64,000 nucleotides of DNA from an uncultured delta proteobacterium. GTDB taxonomy: Bacteria; Desulfobacterota; Binatia; Binatales; Binataceae. Location: the NCBI GenBank assembly GCA_963711565.1, contig CAVQEQ010000001.1, forward strand, positions 1,024,001-1,088,000, in the 5' to 3' direction. Made by a program: the position numbers and the translations under genes. The first letter of the stretch is position 1; each line of letters opens with the position of its first letter. Under the pieces are notes generated by a model. It was not told the DNA's origin. It saw nothing but the letters and a program-made list of their open reading frames with translations, and did not search any database. Positions 1 through 9,292 of the stretch are shown here, in pieces.

Positions 1-459
1 TTTTTCGATCACAGCCCGCTGATTGGAATCTCAAATCCGCTCGCCCCGCCGATTCGCCTCGCCGTGCTCGGCGACAAGGTCGAGGGACGCGTGACCTTCG
101 GCGTCGCCTACGAGGGCCCTCCCGGACACGTGCACGGCGGCTTTCTCGCCGCCGCCTTCGACGAGGTGCTAGGCATGGCGCAATCGCTGACCGGCAACCC
201 CGGCATGACGGGGACGCTGACGATTCGCTACCGCCGCCCGACGCCGCTGCTGACCGAGCTGGTTTTCGAGGCGCGCGTCGATCGCGTCGAAGGGCGCAAG
301 ATTTTCACGCACGGAACGCTGTCGGCGAACGGCATGCTGACGGCGGAAGCCGAGGGACTCTTCATCGCAGTCGGCCAGGAGCGTTTTGCCGCGATGGCGG
401 CGATGGTAACCGAGCGCGCGACTTCTGCGAACAAGAAGAAGTCGGCGAGAAAGGATTGA
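1..459 (+). CDS. PaaI-family (hotdog-fold) thioesterase, 5' truncated by window edge
   Basis: Frame open from base 1; motif EGPPGHVHGGFLAAAFDEVLG. Confidence 0.85.
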   Translation, partial: FFDHSPLIGISNPLAPPIRLAVLGDKVEGRVTFGVAYEGPPGHVHGGFLAAAFDEVLGMAQSLTGNPGMTGTLTIRYRRPTPLLTELVFEARVDRVEGRKIFTHGTLSANGMLTAEAEGLFIAVGQERFAAMAAMVTERATSANKKKSARKD

Positions 460-469
460 GTCGCCTTCA

Positions 470-1276
470 TTGAAATCGCGCCGCCCCAAATCACCATCGC
501 GCGCCACCAAGCGGCTCATCGCGCGCGCCTACCCAATCTTCGAATACGATCCCGCGCCGACCGCGATCATCGAGCCGAGCCGCGTGTACAAGCCGATCGA
601 TATTCCGAAACACTGCGTCCTCTGTTTCTTCCAGGACGTGATCGACGACCTGGTCCGCAATGGCGCCCGCCAGATTCACGTCGAGCATTGGGAGACTGGC
701 AATCATCCGATTTACGAGCTCGACTTCAACGGCCGGCGGCTCGCCGTGCTTCATCCGCGAGTCGGCGCTCCGGTCTCGGCGGCGATGCTCGAGCTGGTGA
801 TTGCGCTCGGCTCGCGCAAGTTCATCGCATGCGGCGGCGCCGGCGTGCTCGACTCAAAGATCGCTGTCGGCCATATCATCGTGCCGAGCGCCGCGGTTCG
901 CGACGAGGGCACTTCGTACCACTACCTGCCGCCGTCGCGCGAAGTCGCGCCGCATCCGCGCGCCCTGGCGGCGATCGAAAAAACGCTGCGCCGAAACGGG
1001 ATGGAATACATCGTCGCGAAGACCTGGACCACTGACGGAATTCTCCGCGAGACGCGCGCCCGGATGCTCGCGCGCAGGCGCGAAGGATGCCTCACGGTCG
1101 AGATGGAAGCGGCGGCGTTCTTCGCGGTCGCGCAATTCCGAGGCGTCCAGTTCGGCCAGATTCTCTACGGCGGCGACGACCTCGCCGGCGACGACTGGGA
1201 CCCTCGCAACTGGAATCGCCATCAGATCCGCGAGCGCCTGTTCACGCTGGCCGCCGAAGCCTGCCTCAGCCTGTAA
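470..1276 (+). CDS. Nucleoside phosphorylase (uridine phosphorylase/PNP_UDP_1 family)
   Basis: Motifs RDEGTSYHY, WTTDG and VEMEAAA. Confidence 0.85.
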   Translation: MKSRRPKSPSRATKRLIARAYPIFEYDPAPTAIIEPSRVYKPIDIPKHCVLCFFQDVIDDLVRNGARQIHVEHWETGNHPIYELDFNGRRLAVLHPRVGAPVSAAMLELVIALGSRKFIACGGAGVLDSKIAVGHIIVPSAAVRDEGTSYHYLPPSREVAPHPRALAAIEKTLRRNGMEYIVAKTWTTDGILRETRARMLARRREGCLTVEMEAAAFFAVAQFRGVQFGQILYGGDDLAGDDWDPRNWNRHQIRERLFTLAAEACLSL

Positions 1277-2527
1277 CTATTGCGCCAGTATAATCCCGTA
1301 CGGCCCGCTGTTGGCATTGGCCGGGCTCTCGGTCGCAACCGGAGAATTGACCAGGCACGGAGCGCCTGTGTTCAAACACGTCGAAGTCAACGCGAATTGG
1401 CTTACCGTTCCAGCGTTTTGGTTGGTGACGTAAAGGAACGCGACCTGCGGATCGACCACCAACCCGGTCGGCGCATTCAGGCCCGTAGACGGGGTTTCGA
1501 CCGGCGTCAACGGAAAGCCCGGACTCGTAATCAGGAACGACCACAGGGTCGAGACGGCCTGATTCGCAGTGAAAACAAAATTGCCGACCGAGGTCACGGC
1601 GGCATATCCGATTCCGATCGGTTTGTTGCCCGTAGTCGTTGTCGGTACCGTCGAAAAGAATGCCAACGCACCCGAGGTTGTACTCAGTACCCCCAGCACT
1701 CCCGCGTTGAGATCGGTGACGTAGATAAAGCCGCCGCCCGGATCGACCGCAATGAAGCCCGGGCTGCCGCCCGATCCGCCGAGATCGGGAACTCCCGATC
1801 CTATCTGAGTGAGCGTACCGTCGGCGTTGATCGAGAAGGAAAAAACCAGTCCGGCTCCGTTGTCCGCGACGTAAACGTACGTGCCAGTTGGATCGACCGT
1901 GATTCCGAGTGGGCTCGTGAGTCCGCTCACCTTGGTGCTGATTTGCGTAAGCTGACCGGTGCTGCTGTTAATCGAATAGGCGGTAACGGTGCCCTTGATG
2001 GAGCCGGTCACCCACAGGAACGTCCCGGCGGGATTGATTGCAATCTCGTTGGGTCCAGACCCGCTGCCGTTGCTGACGGACGCCGGCGACAGCGGCGTCA
2101 GCACCCCGCTGGTCGGATTGATCGAGAACTGGTAGATATTGCCGTCGCTGTTGTTAGCGACGTAGAGGAAGCTGCCGCTGGGCGCCGCGACCAGCCCCAG
2201 CGGCCCCTTTTTCGCTCCTGCGGTGACCTGGGCACTATGTTTCAGCACCCCGGTCGTCACATTGCGCGTGAACGACGACACCTTGCCGTCGTTGAAGTTG
2301 GTTACGAACGCGAGCGCTCCGGTGCCGCTTGTCGCCGTGGCAGTCGGAGATCCGCTGCCGCCACTGCCTGATTGCGGAAGAAGTCCATTGTTCGAGCACG
2401 ACAACGTATTGAGCGTAGCCGCGATAATCACAAAAGCGGGAATCAGCCGGACGGTGTTTTTAAGAATTGTGGATCGCCGGGCCAACGCGGCTCGCACGGA
2501 TAGTCGGATACCTTCCTCTGTCGCCAT
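1277..2527 (-). CDS. Secreted lactonase-family 7-bladed beta-propeller protein
   Basis: Repeated P-x-G-(I/L)-x-x-DP-x-G-x-FLYV blades; hydrophobic N-terminus followed by Cys and a Gly/Ser linker; start uncertain. Confidence 0.75.
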   Translation of the reverse strand: MATEEGIRLSVRAALARRSTILKNTVRLIPAFVIIAATLNTLSCSNNGLLPQSGSGGSGSPTATATSGTGALAFVTNFNDGKVSSFTRNVTTGVLKHSAQVTAGAKKGPLGLVAAPSGSFLYVANNSDGNIYQFSINPTSGVLTPLSPASVSNGSGSGPNEIAINPAGTFLWVTGSIKGTVTAYSINSSTGQLTQISTKVSGLTSPLGITVDPTGTYVYVADNGAGLVFSFSINADGTLTQIGSGVPDLGGSGGSPGFIAVDPGGGFIYVTDLNAGVLGVLSTTSGALAFFSTVPTTTTGNKPIGIGYAAVTSVGNFVFTANQAVSTLWSFLITSPGFPLTPVETPSTGLNAPTGLVVDPQVAFLYVTNQNAGTVSQFALTSTCLNTGAPCLVNSPVATESPANANSGPYGIILAQ

Positions 2528-2695
2528 TCGAGCCCCTTCCCGGCCGGTCCGGTTCGAAAATACGAATAATGTTCTGATTATCACAAAACTAGACGTAGAT
2601 GGCATCGAAAAGTTTCAAAAGTCTCGATGGCGGCGAGGAAAATCCGGAAGGAAGAGCCTTGACAACGCACCATCTTCAGACGGAAACCGACATTG

Positions 2696-3142
2696 ATGGC
2701 TATCGTTTTCCGACGCGCGACTGCTGCCGACGCGGCCGAAGTCGCGACGGTGTATATCGCCTCGCGCCGCGGCGCTGCCGCATATCTGCCGACCGTCGGC
2801 ACCGACGCGGAGATTCGCGCCTTCGTTGTCCATCAGATGGTGCCGGAGCGGGAGACCTGGGTCGCCGAGGACAGCGGCCGAATCGTCGCGGTGCTGGTGC
2901 TCCACGACGACAACGTCGATCAATTTTACGTTGCGCCCGGCGATCAGCGCCACGGCGTCGGCGACGCGATGCTCGCGCATGCCAAGCGTCTTCGCCCGGC
3001 CGGTCTTCACCTCTGGGCGTTTCAGCGCAACGCTCCCGCCCGCCGCTTTTATGAAGCGCGCGGCTTTATCGCAAAGAAATTTACCGACGGCGCAACCAAT
3101 ATGGAGCGCGAAGCCGACGTGCTCTACGAATGGACGCCGTGA
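2696..3142 (+). CDS. GNAT-family acetyltransferase
   Basis: YVAPGDQRHGVG and NAPARRFYEARGF acetyl-CoA-binding motifs. Confidence 0.9.
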   Translation: MAIVFRRATAADAAEVATVYIASRRGAAAYLPTVGTDAEIRAFVVHQMVPERETWVAEDSGRIVAVLVLHDDNVDQFYVAPGDQRHGVGDAMLAHAKRLRPAGLHLWAFQRNAPARRFYEARGFIAKKFTDGATNMEREADVLYEWTP

Positions 3143-3166
3143 AACTTTCGTCAAGGAGCTGATGCG

Positions 3167-4144
3167 ATGCCCAAACTCGATCTCGACAAAGTTCCGCGCT
3201 TCTCCGAACTTCCGATCAAACCTGACAAGCCCAAAGAATCGTCGTGGGGCGTGTTCGGCGACGACGACGAACTCGGATGCCTGAATTTCCTGACGCCGCA
3301 AGGTGTGATCGACGCGGCGCAACTGGTCCGCAAAGGCTCCGTCTTCCGACTCGATACGAAAATCAACTACGCGAATCCGCCGCTGTTCGCACGCCGTCCC
3401 GCCAAGCACAACATCATGAGCTTTGAGAGCTTCGGCCTGCTCGGTTTCGACGACTCGCTCGACAGCTACAACACGCAGGAGGGCAGCCAATGGGACGGCC
3501 TCGCCCACGTCGGCAGTCCGCGCTACAAGGCATTTTACAATGGCGTGAAGTCGAGCGAGATCAAGGACGGCCCGAGCGGCCGCCTCAGCATCCACAAATG
3601 GGCCAACAAGTTTGTCGGCCGCGCCGTGCTGCTCGACGTGTTCCGCTACATCATTTCGCACAAGCGCACGATCAATCCGCTCAAGTCTGAGAAGTACAGC
3701 CTCGACGATTTGAAGGAGACTGCCGTCGCGCAAAACGTCGAGCTGACGCCGGGCACGATCCTGTTGATTCGCACCGGATGGATGCAGGCCTATCTCGCCG
3801 CGTCAGTTGACGACAAAGCCGCGATGGCGCCGCTGGACGGCCTCAAAGCCTGCGGCATCGAGGACAGCCGCGCGATGGTCGAATGGTTCTGGGATCATCG
3901 GCTCGCCGCCGTCGGCACTGATTGTCCCGCCGTCGAGCCATGGCCGTGGGATTTCAAGAACGAAGGAGCGCTGCACTACCGCACGCTATGCCTGCTCGGC
4001 CTCCCGATCGGCGAGCAATTCAACCTCGAGGAACTCGCCGCGGACTGCGCCGCCGACAAGCGCTACGAATTCATGCTAGTCTCAGTCCCAATAAACCTGG
4101 AAGGCGGCATCGCCTCGCCTCCAAACGCCGTGGCGATCAAATAA
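3167..4144 (+). CDS. Cyclase family (kynurenine formamidase-like) metal hydrolase
   Basis: WG..DELGCLNFL, SQWDGLAH, LLIRTGW and GGIASPPNAVAI. Confidence 0.88.
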   Translation: MPKLDLDKVPRFSELPIKPDKPKESSWGVFGDDDELGCLNFLTPQGVIDAAQLVRKGSVFRLDTKINYANPPLFARRPAKHNIMSFESFGLLGFDDSLDSYNTQEGSQWDGLAHVGSPRYKAFYNGVKSSEIKDGPSGRLSIHKWANKFVGRAVLLDVFRYIISHKRTINPLKSEKYSLDDLKETAVAQNVELTPGTILLIRTGWMQAYLAASVDDKAAMAPLDGLKACGIEDSRAMVEWFWDHRLAAVGTDCPAVEPWPWDFKNEGALHYRTLCLLGLPIGEQFNLEELAADCAADKRYEFMLVSVPINLEGGIASPPNAVAIK

Positions 4145-4205
4145 GTAGGACGAAATTTATTTCGTCGATTCTGTTGACAGGACGACGGAATAAATTCCGC
4201 CCTAC
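4145..4205. repeat. GTAG-tagged REP doublet (REPIN-like) between convergent genes
   Basis: GTAG-GACGAAAT-TT-ATTTCGTC at 4145-4166 and an inverted GTAG-GGCGGAAT-TT-ATTCCGTC ending at 4205. Confidence 0.75.
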
Positions 4206-4212
4206 TCGGATC

Positions 4213-4830
4213 TCACCGCGCCGAGCGCGCAGTCTCCACGATCGCGACGCGCACCGCATTCTCCATCTGCGCCAACGCCATGCTGGGCTGACTACGATGC
4301 CGCCCCGCTTGCCGGGCCTCGTACGGCAGATGGATAAATCCCACCGGAACTCCGGGCTTGCGCCGCAGGTAGTGCAGCGCGGCATACATCAGCGCGTTGC
4401 ACGCGAACGCACCGGCCGTCAGCGACACGCTCGCGGGGATGTCCTTGCGATCGAGCTCGCGGATAATCGCGCGCAGCGGTAGTCGCGAGAAGTACGCGTC
4501 CGGCCCGCCGCGAACGACCGGCGTGAATCCCGGGTCGCCGCTTTTGCCGAGCGCGCCGCGTTCGTCGGCAAGATTGATCGCGATTCTCTCCAGCGAGATC
4601 GCCGGCCTGCCGCCCGCCTCGCCGAGTCCGATCACCGCGCGCGGCCGATAGCGCACGATTGCGCCCCTGATTCGCCGCGCCGCCCTGGCGCATCCAACCG
4701 GCACGCGCACCGACTTTATCTGCAACCCGCCAATCACGTCGCCGTCAAAGCCGCGCGCAACCTCCCACGACGGATTGATCCGCTCGCCGCGAAAAGGCTC
4801 AAACCCGGTAAGAATCAAAATCGGCGGCAT
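4213..4830 (-). CDS. pcp: Pyroglutamyl-peptidase I
   Basis: LTGFEPF..NPSWE, ERIAIN, AGAFACN and GFIHLP. Confidence 0.93.
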   Translation of the reverse strand: MPPILILTGFEPFRGERINPSWEVARGFDGDVIGGLQIKSVRVPVGCARAARRIRGAIVRYRPRAVIGLGEAGGRPAISLERIAINLADERGALGKSGDPGFTPVVRGGPDAYFSRLPLRAIIRELDRKDIPASVSLTAGAFACNALMYAALHYLRRKPGVPVGFIHLPYEARQAGRHRSQPSMALAQMENAVRVAIVETARSAR

Positions 4831-4843
4831 CGACCAACAATCC

Positions 4844-4884
4844 GGTTCCCCTTCCCGCGCGGGAAGGGGTTAGGGGTTAGGTTC
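4844..4884. repeat. 41-bp palindromic intergenic repeat (identical copy at 60344-60384)
   Basis: GGTTCCCCTTCCCGCGCGGGAAGGGGTTAGGGGTTAGGTTC; contains a 22-bp perfect palindrome followed by a G-rich tail. Confidence 0.9.
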
Positions 4885-4903
4885 CGACGGCTGCAAGCAT
4901 CGC

Positions 4904-5722
4904 TCACTTCCGCCGCGGATGCTCTCTTGGCACATCGTCGCGATTGCCCCATTCCGCCCACGACCCGAGATAATTTCTCACCTTCGCATAGCCCGCGATT
5001 TTGAGCGCAAGGTACGCATGCGCAGCGCGATAGCCGCCCTGGCAGTACGGGATTATCTCGTTGGCGGGATCGAGGCCGATCGCTTCGAACTGCGCGCGCA
5101 GCTCAGCCGCGGGTTTCACGGTTCCATCTGCCGCAATCGCCAACGTCCAATCCTGATGGTACGAGCCGGGGATCGCGCCGCCATGTTTCGCGCGGACGCG
5201 CTCGCTGTAATATTCCGCATCGCTGCGCACGTCGAAGATTTGTACTTCGCGACGCCCTAGTTGCTCCAGCAGATGCGGATACGTCGCGAGAATCTCCACA
5301 CGCGCCTTGATCTGGAAATCCGTCGGCGCGAACTTCTCGACTTCCGTCGTCAACTTTTCACCACCGAGCGCCTTGAGACCGCCATCGAGCATTCGCGCCC
5401 TCGGATGCCCTGCGTATTCGAGCGCCCACTGCCCGCGCGCCGCGCGCATTCCGGATTCGTTCTCGTAAAACACCACGGTCTCGCGGCCGGTGATTCCGAG
5501 CGCCGAAAATATCCACTCGAGTTGCGCGCCGAACTCCGCGACGCCGCGCTCCGACGTATCCGTATGATGGAACGGGAACGGATCGAAATGCCGCGCGCCG
5601 CGGAGATGCCCGGCGTGGAATTCCTTGGCCGGCCGCGTGTCGACGAGGATTAAATCGCCGTCCCCGCGATGCTCCCGCAGCCACTTCGCATCGACAATCA
5701 ACTTTTCTTCTTCGTGATCCAA
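4904..5722 (-). CDS. Two-domain rhodanese/sulfurtransferase
   Basis: GHLRGA, LDGGL, YCQGGYRAA and YLGSWAEWG; TTG start after GGAGG; the N-terminal part of the 579-aa ORF is shadow of pyrD. Confidence 0.88.
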   Translation of the reverse strand: MDHEEEKLIVDAKWLREHRGDGDLILVDTRPAKEFHAGHLRGARHFDPFPFHHTDTSERGVAEFGAQLEWIFSALGITGRETVVFYENESGMRAARGQWALEYAGHPRARMLDGGLKALGGEKLTTEVEKFAPTDFQIKARVEILATYPHLLEQLGRREVQIFDVRSDAEYYSERVRAKHGGAIPGSYHQDWTLAIAADGTVKPAAELRAQFEAIGLDPANEIIPYCQGGYRAAHAYLALKIAGYAKVRNYLGSWAEWGNRDDVPREHPRRK

Positions 5723-5733
5723 ATCGCCTCCGC

Positions 5734-6804
5734 CTACCTGTCGATTCCGACCGCTTCGCCAATAGAACGAAATCCATGGCGCCGGAGCAAGTTCGCCAGT
5801 CCCGCTTTGATCCTCTCCACCACGCCCGGGCCCTCGTAGATGAGCGCCGTGTAAAGCTCCACCAGCGACGCGCCCGCGCGAATGTGCAACCACGCATCCT
5901 CGGCCGTGGCGACGCCGCCGACGCCGACGATCGGAATCTTCCCGCGGGTGTGCGTATGAATATCGCGAATCAGCTCGCGCGCGCGAATCGTCAGCGGACG
6001 GCCGCTGAGTCCGCCCGGATGCGGTGACGAGACGCCCAGCGCCTCGCGCGCGACCGAAGTGTTGCACGCGACGATCCCGTCCACGCCCAAATCGAGCGCG
6101 GTCTCGCAAATCCGAAACAGCTCGCTGCGTTCGAGGTCGGGCGCGATTTTCACCAGCACCGGCCGTGGCGATTCGCCGGCCTCGCCGAGCATCGCCGCGA
6201 ACAGCTCGCTCATCTTCTCCGGCGATTGCCAGTTGCGCAGCCCGGGCGTATTCGGCGAGCTCACATTGATTACGATGAAATCGGCCAGCGGCCCGAGCCC
6301 TTCCATCAGGACGGTGTAATCGGCCGCAATCCCCTCGGGCGGCGTGTTGCTGTTCGGCCCGAAGTTGAGCCCCAGCCGAATCGAAATCCCGGCCTTGCGC
6401 ATCCGCTCGATTCGCGGCGCGATCGCTATCATCCCTTCGCTGGGAAATCCGAGCCGGTTGATCAGCGCGCGGCGTTCGGGAACCCGCCATACGCGCGGCG
6501 CATCGTTTCCCGCCTGCGGACGCGGCGTGATCGTTCCCAGCTCCGCGAAGCCGAAGCCGAGCGTCTCCCACCCGCGGATCGCGACGGCATCCTTGTCCAT
6601 CCCGGCCGCGAGTCCGATCGGATTCCGAAACTCTGTCCCCCACAACTTGATTCCGAGCTCGGGCCTTTCGCGCGCCGGCGAAAACGGCGGCATCATCGAA
6701 AGCATCCGCAGCGCTAGGCCATGCGCATATTCGGCGTCGAAGCGGAACAGGTATTGCTGGAGGAATTTCCGATAGACGGCGTCAAATGTGTTTACGGCGG
6801 GCAT
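5734..6804 (-). CDS. pyrD: Quinone-dependent dihydroorotate dehydrogenase
   Basis: NPIGLAAGMDK, INRLGFPSEG, NVSSPNTPGLR and GGLSG. Confidence 0.95.
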   Translation of the reverse strand: MPAVNTFDAVYRKFLQQYLFRFDAEYAHGLALRMLSMMPPFSPARERPELGIKLWGTEFRNPIGLAAGMDKDAVAIRGWETLGFGFAELGTITPRPQAGNDAPRVWRVPERRALINRLGFPSEGMIAIAPRIERMRKAGISIRLGLNFGPNSNTPPEGIAADYTVLMEGLGPLADFIVINVSSPNTPGLRNWQSPEKMSELFAAMLGEAGESPRPVLVKIAPDLERSELFRICETALDLGVDGIVACNTSVAREALGVSSPHPGGLSGRPLTIRARELIRDIHTHTRGKIPIVGVGGVATAEDAWLHIRAGASLVELYTALIYEGPGVVERIKAGLANLLRRHGFRSIGEAVGIDR

Positions 6805-6971
6805 CGCGGCTCTGACAGCCAATCTTGCAATGCGGCGCGGCCAGCGCAATCCGGGCGCAGGTGTGGATTAAGAGCGAGCACCCCTGATGCGGTCGCACCG
6901 CGGCATGGAATAAGATTAGGGTTGCCGGCGGCGTCAGCCGCCAGGCCATTCGCGGGAGGCGTCAGGATCGC

Positions 6972-7799
6972 GTGGAAAATCAGGCGAAAATGCAAGTCAA
7001 GTTGATCGACTACGCCCAGCAGCCGCTCGAAAAACTCTACGCGGCCTTTCGCACCTGCTATTCCTCCGACACGCCGATCGAAGTCTGGGAAAAAATCAAA
7101 TCCGAGAAAATCACCCACGACAAAATCCGCGAGTTCATCACCGAACGCCTCAAGACCGGCCACGCTTCTCCCCTCGAGCAAATCGTCTTCTGGTTCGGTA
7201 TCGCCAACGTCTCGCGCTCGCTGTCGCATCAGTTCGTGCGTCATCGGATCGGCATCAGCTTCGAGCAGCAGAGCCAGCGCTACGTGAAATTCAAGCAGGA
7301 CAAGCTCGCATTCGTCCTGCCGGACTCGTGGTCGCGCGCCGGCCTCGAAAGTGAATTCTCCGATCTGCTCTCGAAAACCTCCGAGCTCTACGCCAAGGCG
7401 CTGAAGGCCGGCATCCCGGCCGAAGATGCGCGCTTTGTGCTGCCCAACGCCGCGCCGACGAATTTTCACGTGATGGTGAATTTCGCCGAGATGCTGCATA
7501 TCTGCGACCTGCGCCTGTGCGTGCGCGCGCAATGGGAAATCCGCCGGATGGTCGCGATGATGCGCGCGGAGATCAAGCACGTGCTCCCCGAAATCGCGGT
7601 CTTCCTGCAGCCCAAGTGCGGCGAGAACCGCATGGGCTACTGCGACGAGTCGCTCGACGAATGGCAAAAATGCCCGCTCGGCAAAGTCCGCCCGCACAAG
7701 TCGAGCCTGTTCGATCTCTACGAGCGTTACGGCTCGCGCAAAGCGCAGGCCCTCGGCGAGGCCGAGTACCGAGCCGTCGAGGAAAAAGAGCAGCTGTAG
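6972..7799 (+). CDS. thyX: FAD-dependent thymidylate synthase
   Basis: GHASPLE, RHRIGISFEQQSQRY (RHRx7S), EDARFVLP and AQWEIR. Confidence 0.95.
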   Translation: MENQAKMQVKLIDYAQQPLEKLYAAFRTCYSSDTPIEVWEKIKSEKITHDKIREFITERLKTGHASPLEQIVFWFGIANVSRSLSHQFVRHRIGISFEQQSQRYVKFKQDKLAFVLPDSWSRAGLESEFSDLLSKTSELYAKALKAGIPAEDARFVLPNAAPTNFHVMVNFAEMLHICDLRLCVRAQWEIRRMVAMMRAEIKHVLPEIAVFLQPKCGENRMGYCDESLDEWQKCPLGKVRPHKSSLFDLYERYGSRKAQALGEAEYRAVEEKEQL

Positions 7800-7813
7800 T
7801 TTCCCAGGTTCCT

Positions 7814-8221
7814 GTGAGTGACGATTCCCCACCAGCATCGATCGACGATGCGATTGCAGCCTTCAACCGCGGCGCATACTTCGAAGCAGCCGAGATGTTC
7901 GAAACTGTCTCTCATAGCGCCGACGACGATCTGAAAGCTCTGATCGTCGCGTTCAATCAAATTGCCGCGGCGTTCCATCTACGCTTCGAACGCGGCGGGC
8001 GCCAGGCGTCGATCAACCTGATGTCGCAGGCGATGATCGCGCTCGACGACATGAAGCCCGCCCGCGGCGGCATCGACATCGAGCGGCTCTGCACCGAGCT
8101 GGCGGCCTACACCGAAGAGGTGCGTGCGACACCGCGCGACGAGCGCGACGGCCTCAAACATCGCGCCCGAATTTTCCTCGAACGCCGCCGCGCCCCAAAA
8201 ATCAACCGCCGCACTTCCTAA
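7814..8221 (+). CDS. DUF309-like protein
   Basis: FNRGAYFEAAEMFE...QIAAAFHL pattern; GTG start inferred. Confidence 0.7.
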   Translation: MSDDSPPASIDDAIAAFNRGAYFEAAEMFETVSHSADDDLKALIVAFNQIAAAFHLRFERGGRQASINLMSQAMIALDDMKPARGGIDIERLCTELAAYTEEVRATPRDERDGLKHRARIFLERRRAPKINRRTS

Positions 8222-8282
8222 CCTCCCCTTGTCCAAGTCCAAGGGGAGGTCGCCGCGCGCCGAAGGAGCGCGGCGGGAGGGG
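8221..8282. repeat. Double-hairpin intergenic repeat of the CCTCCCC/GGGGAGG class
   Basis: ACCTCCCCTTG/CAAGGGGAGGT stem, then CGCCGCGC/GCGCGGCG stem, then GGAGGGG. Confidence 0.7.
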
Positions 8283-8404
8283 TGCAACGCCGACACCGCA
8301 CTCAACCCAACTCGTCTAACCGCCCTGCAAGTTACTCGGTCCGCTCCGATATTCCCTCAACGCGATCCAGACCGGCACGTTTTGCGATACAATCCGCGGG
8401 AGCG

Positions 8405-9277
8405 ATGAATATCACCCGCGATCAAATCTCCGACGGCCTCAAGCGCGCCAAGTACGTCACCAACGAGCGCGTCGAGACTGCGATCTTCCTCGCGCTCGCG
8501 CTCGAAAAGCCCCTGCTGATCGAAGGCCCCGCCGGCGCCGGCAAGACCGAGGTCGCCAAGGTGCTCGCGGAAATTCTCCACACCGAGCTCATCCGCCTCC
8601 AGTGCTACGAAGGACTCGACGAGGCGCGCGCGCTCTACGAATGGAACTATCAGAAACAACTCCTGCGCATGCAGGCCGGCGAGCAGAATGGCCTGCGCTG
8701 GGAGGATCTCAGCGAGCATATTTTCTCGCGCGACTACCTGCTCGAGCGTCCTCTCCTCAAGGCGATCACCGCGCCGAACCGCGTCGTCCTGCTGATCGAC
8801 GAGGTCGATAAAGCCGACGAGGAGTTCGAGGCCTTCCTGCTCGAGCTGCTCTCCGACTTCCAGGTAAGCGTACCCGAATTGGGAACATTGAAGGCGCACG
8901 AGCGCCCCGCTGTGATTCTGACCTCGAATCGCGCGCGCGAACTCTCCGAGGCTCTGCGCCGCCGATGCCTGCATTTGTTCATCGACTTTCCCGGCACCGA
9001 GCAGGAGCGAAAGATCATCGAGCTCAAGGTGCCCGAGCTCGACGCGAAGCTGGCTGTGGAGGCCGCACGTTTTGTCGGCGCGATTCGCAAGCTCGGCCTG
9101 CGCAAGCCGCCGTCGATCGCGGAGACTCTCGACTGGGCGCGCGCTCTCGTGCAACTCGGCGTGCGCGAACTCGACACCGACGCCGTCCGCACCGCGCTCG
9201 GCGTCCTGCTCAAGCACGAGGACGATCGCGCCAAGGTGGAGTCGAAAGCCTCGGCACTCGCCCCGCGCCGCCGCTGA
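8405..9277 (+). CDS. MoxR/CoxD-like AAA+ ATPase
   Basis: Walker A GPAGAGKT, Walker B LLIDEVDKAD, LRRRC. Confidence 0.92.
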   Translation: MNITRDQISDGLKRAKYVTNERVETAIFLALALEKPLLIEGPAGAGKTEVAKVLAEILHTELIRLQCYEGLDEARALYEWNYQKQLLRMQAGEQNGLRWEDLSEHIFSRDYLLERPLLKAITAPNRVVLLIDEVDKADEEFEAFLLELLSDFQVSVPELGTLKAHERPAVILTSNRARELSEALRRRCLHLFIDFPGTEQERKIIELKVPELDAKLAVEAARFVGAIRKLGLRKPPSIAETLDWARALVQLGVRELDTDAVRTALGVLLKHEDDRAKVESKASALAPRRR

Positions 9278-9292
9278 ATCCGCAATAGTCAG

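Noticed and set aside
5723-6643. Long N-terminal extension on the rhodanese ORF
   Set aside because: It overlaps pyrD in another frame; a TTG start with SD at 5722 explains the gene.
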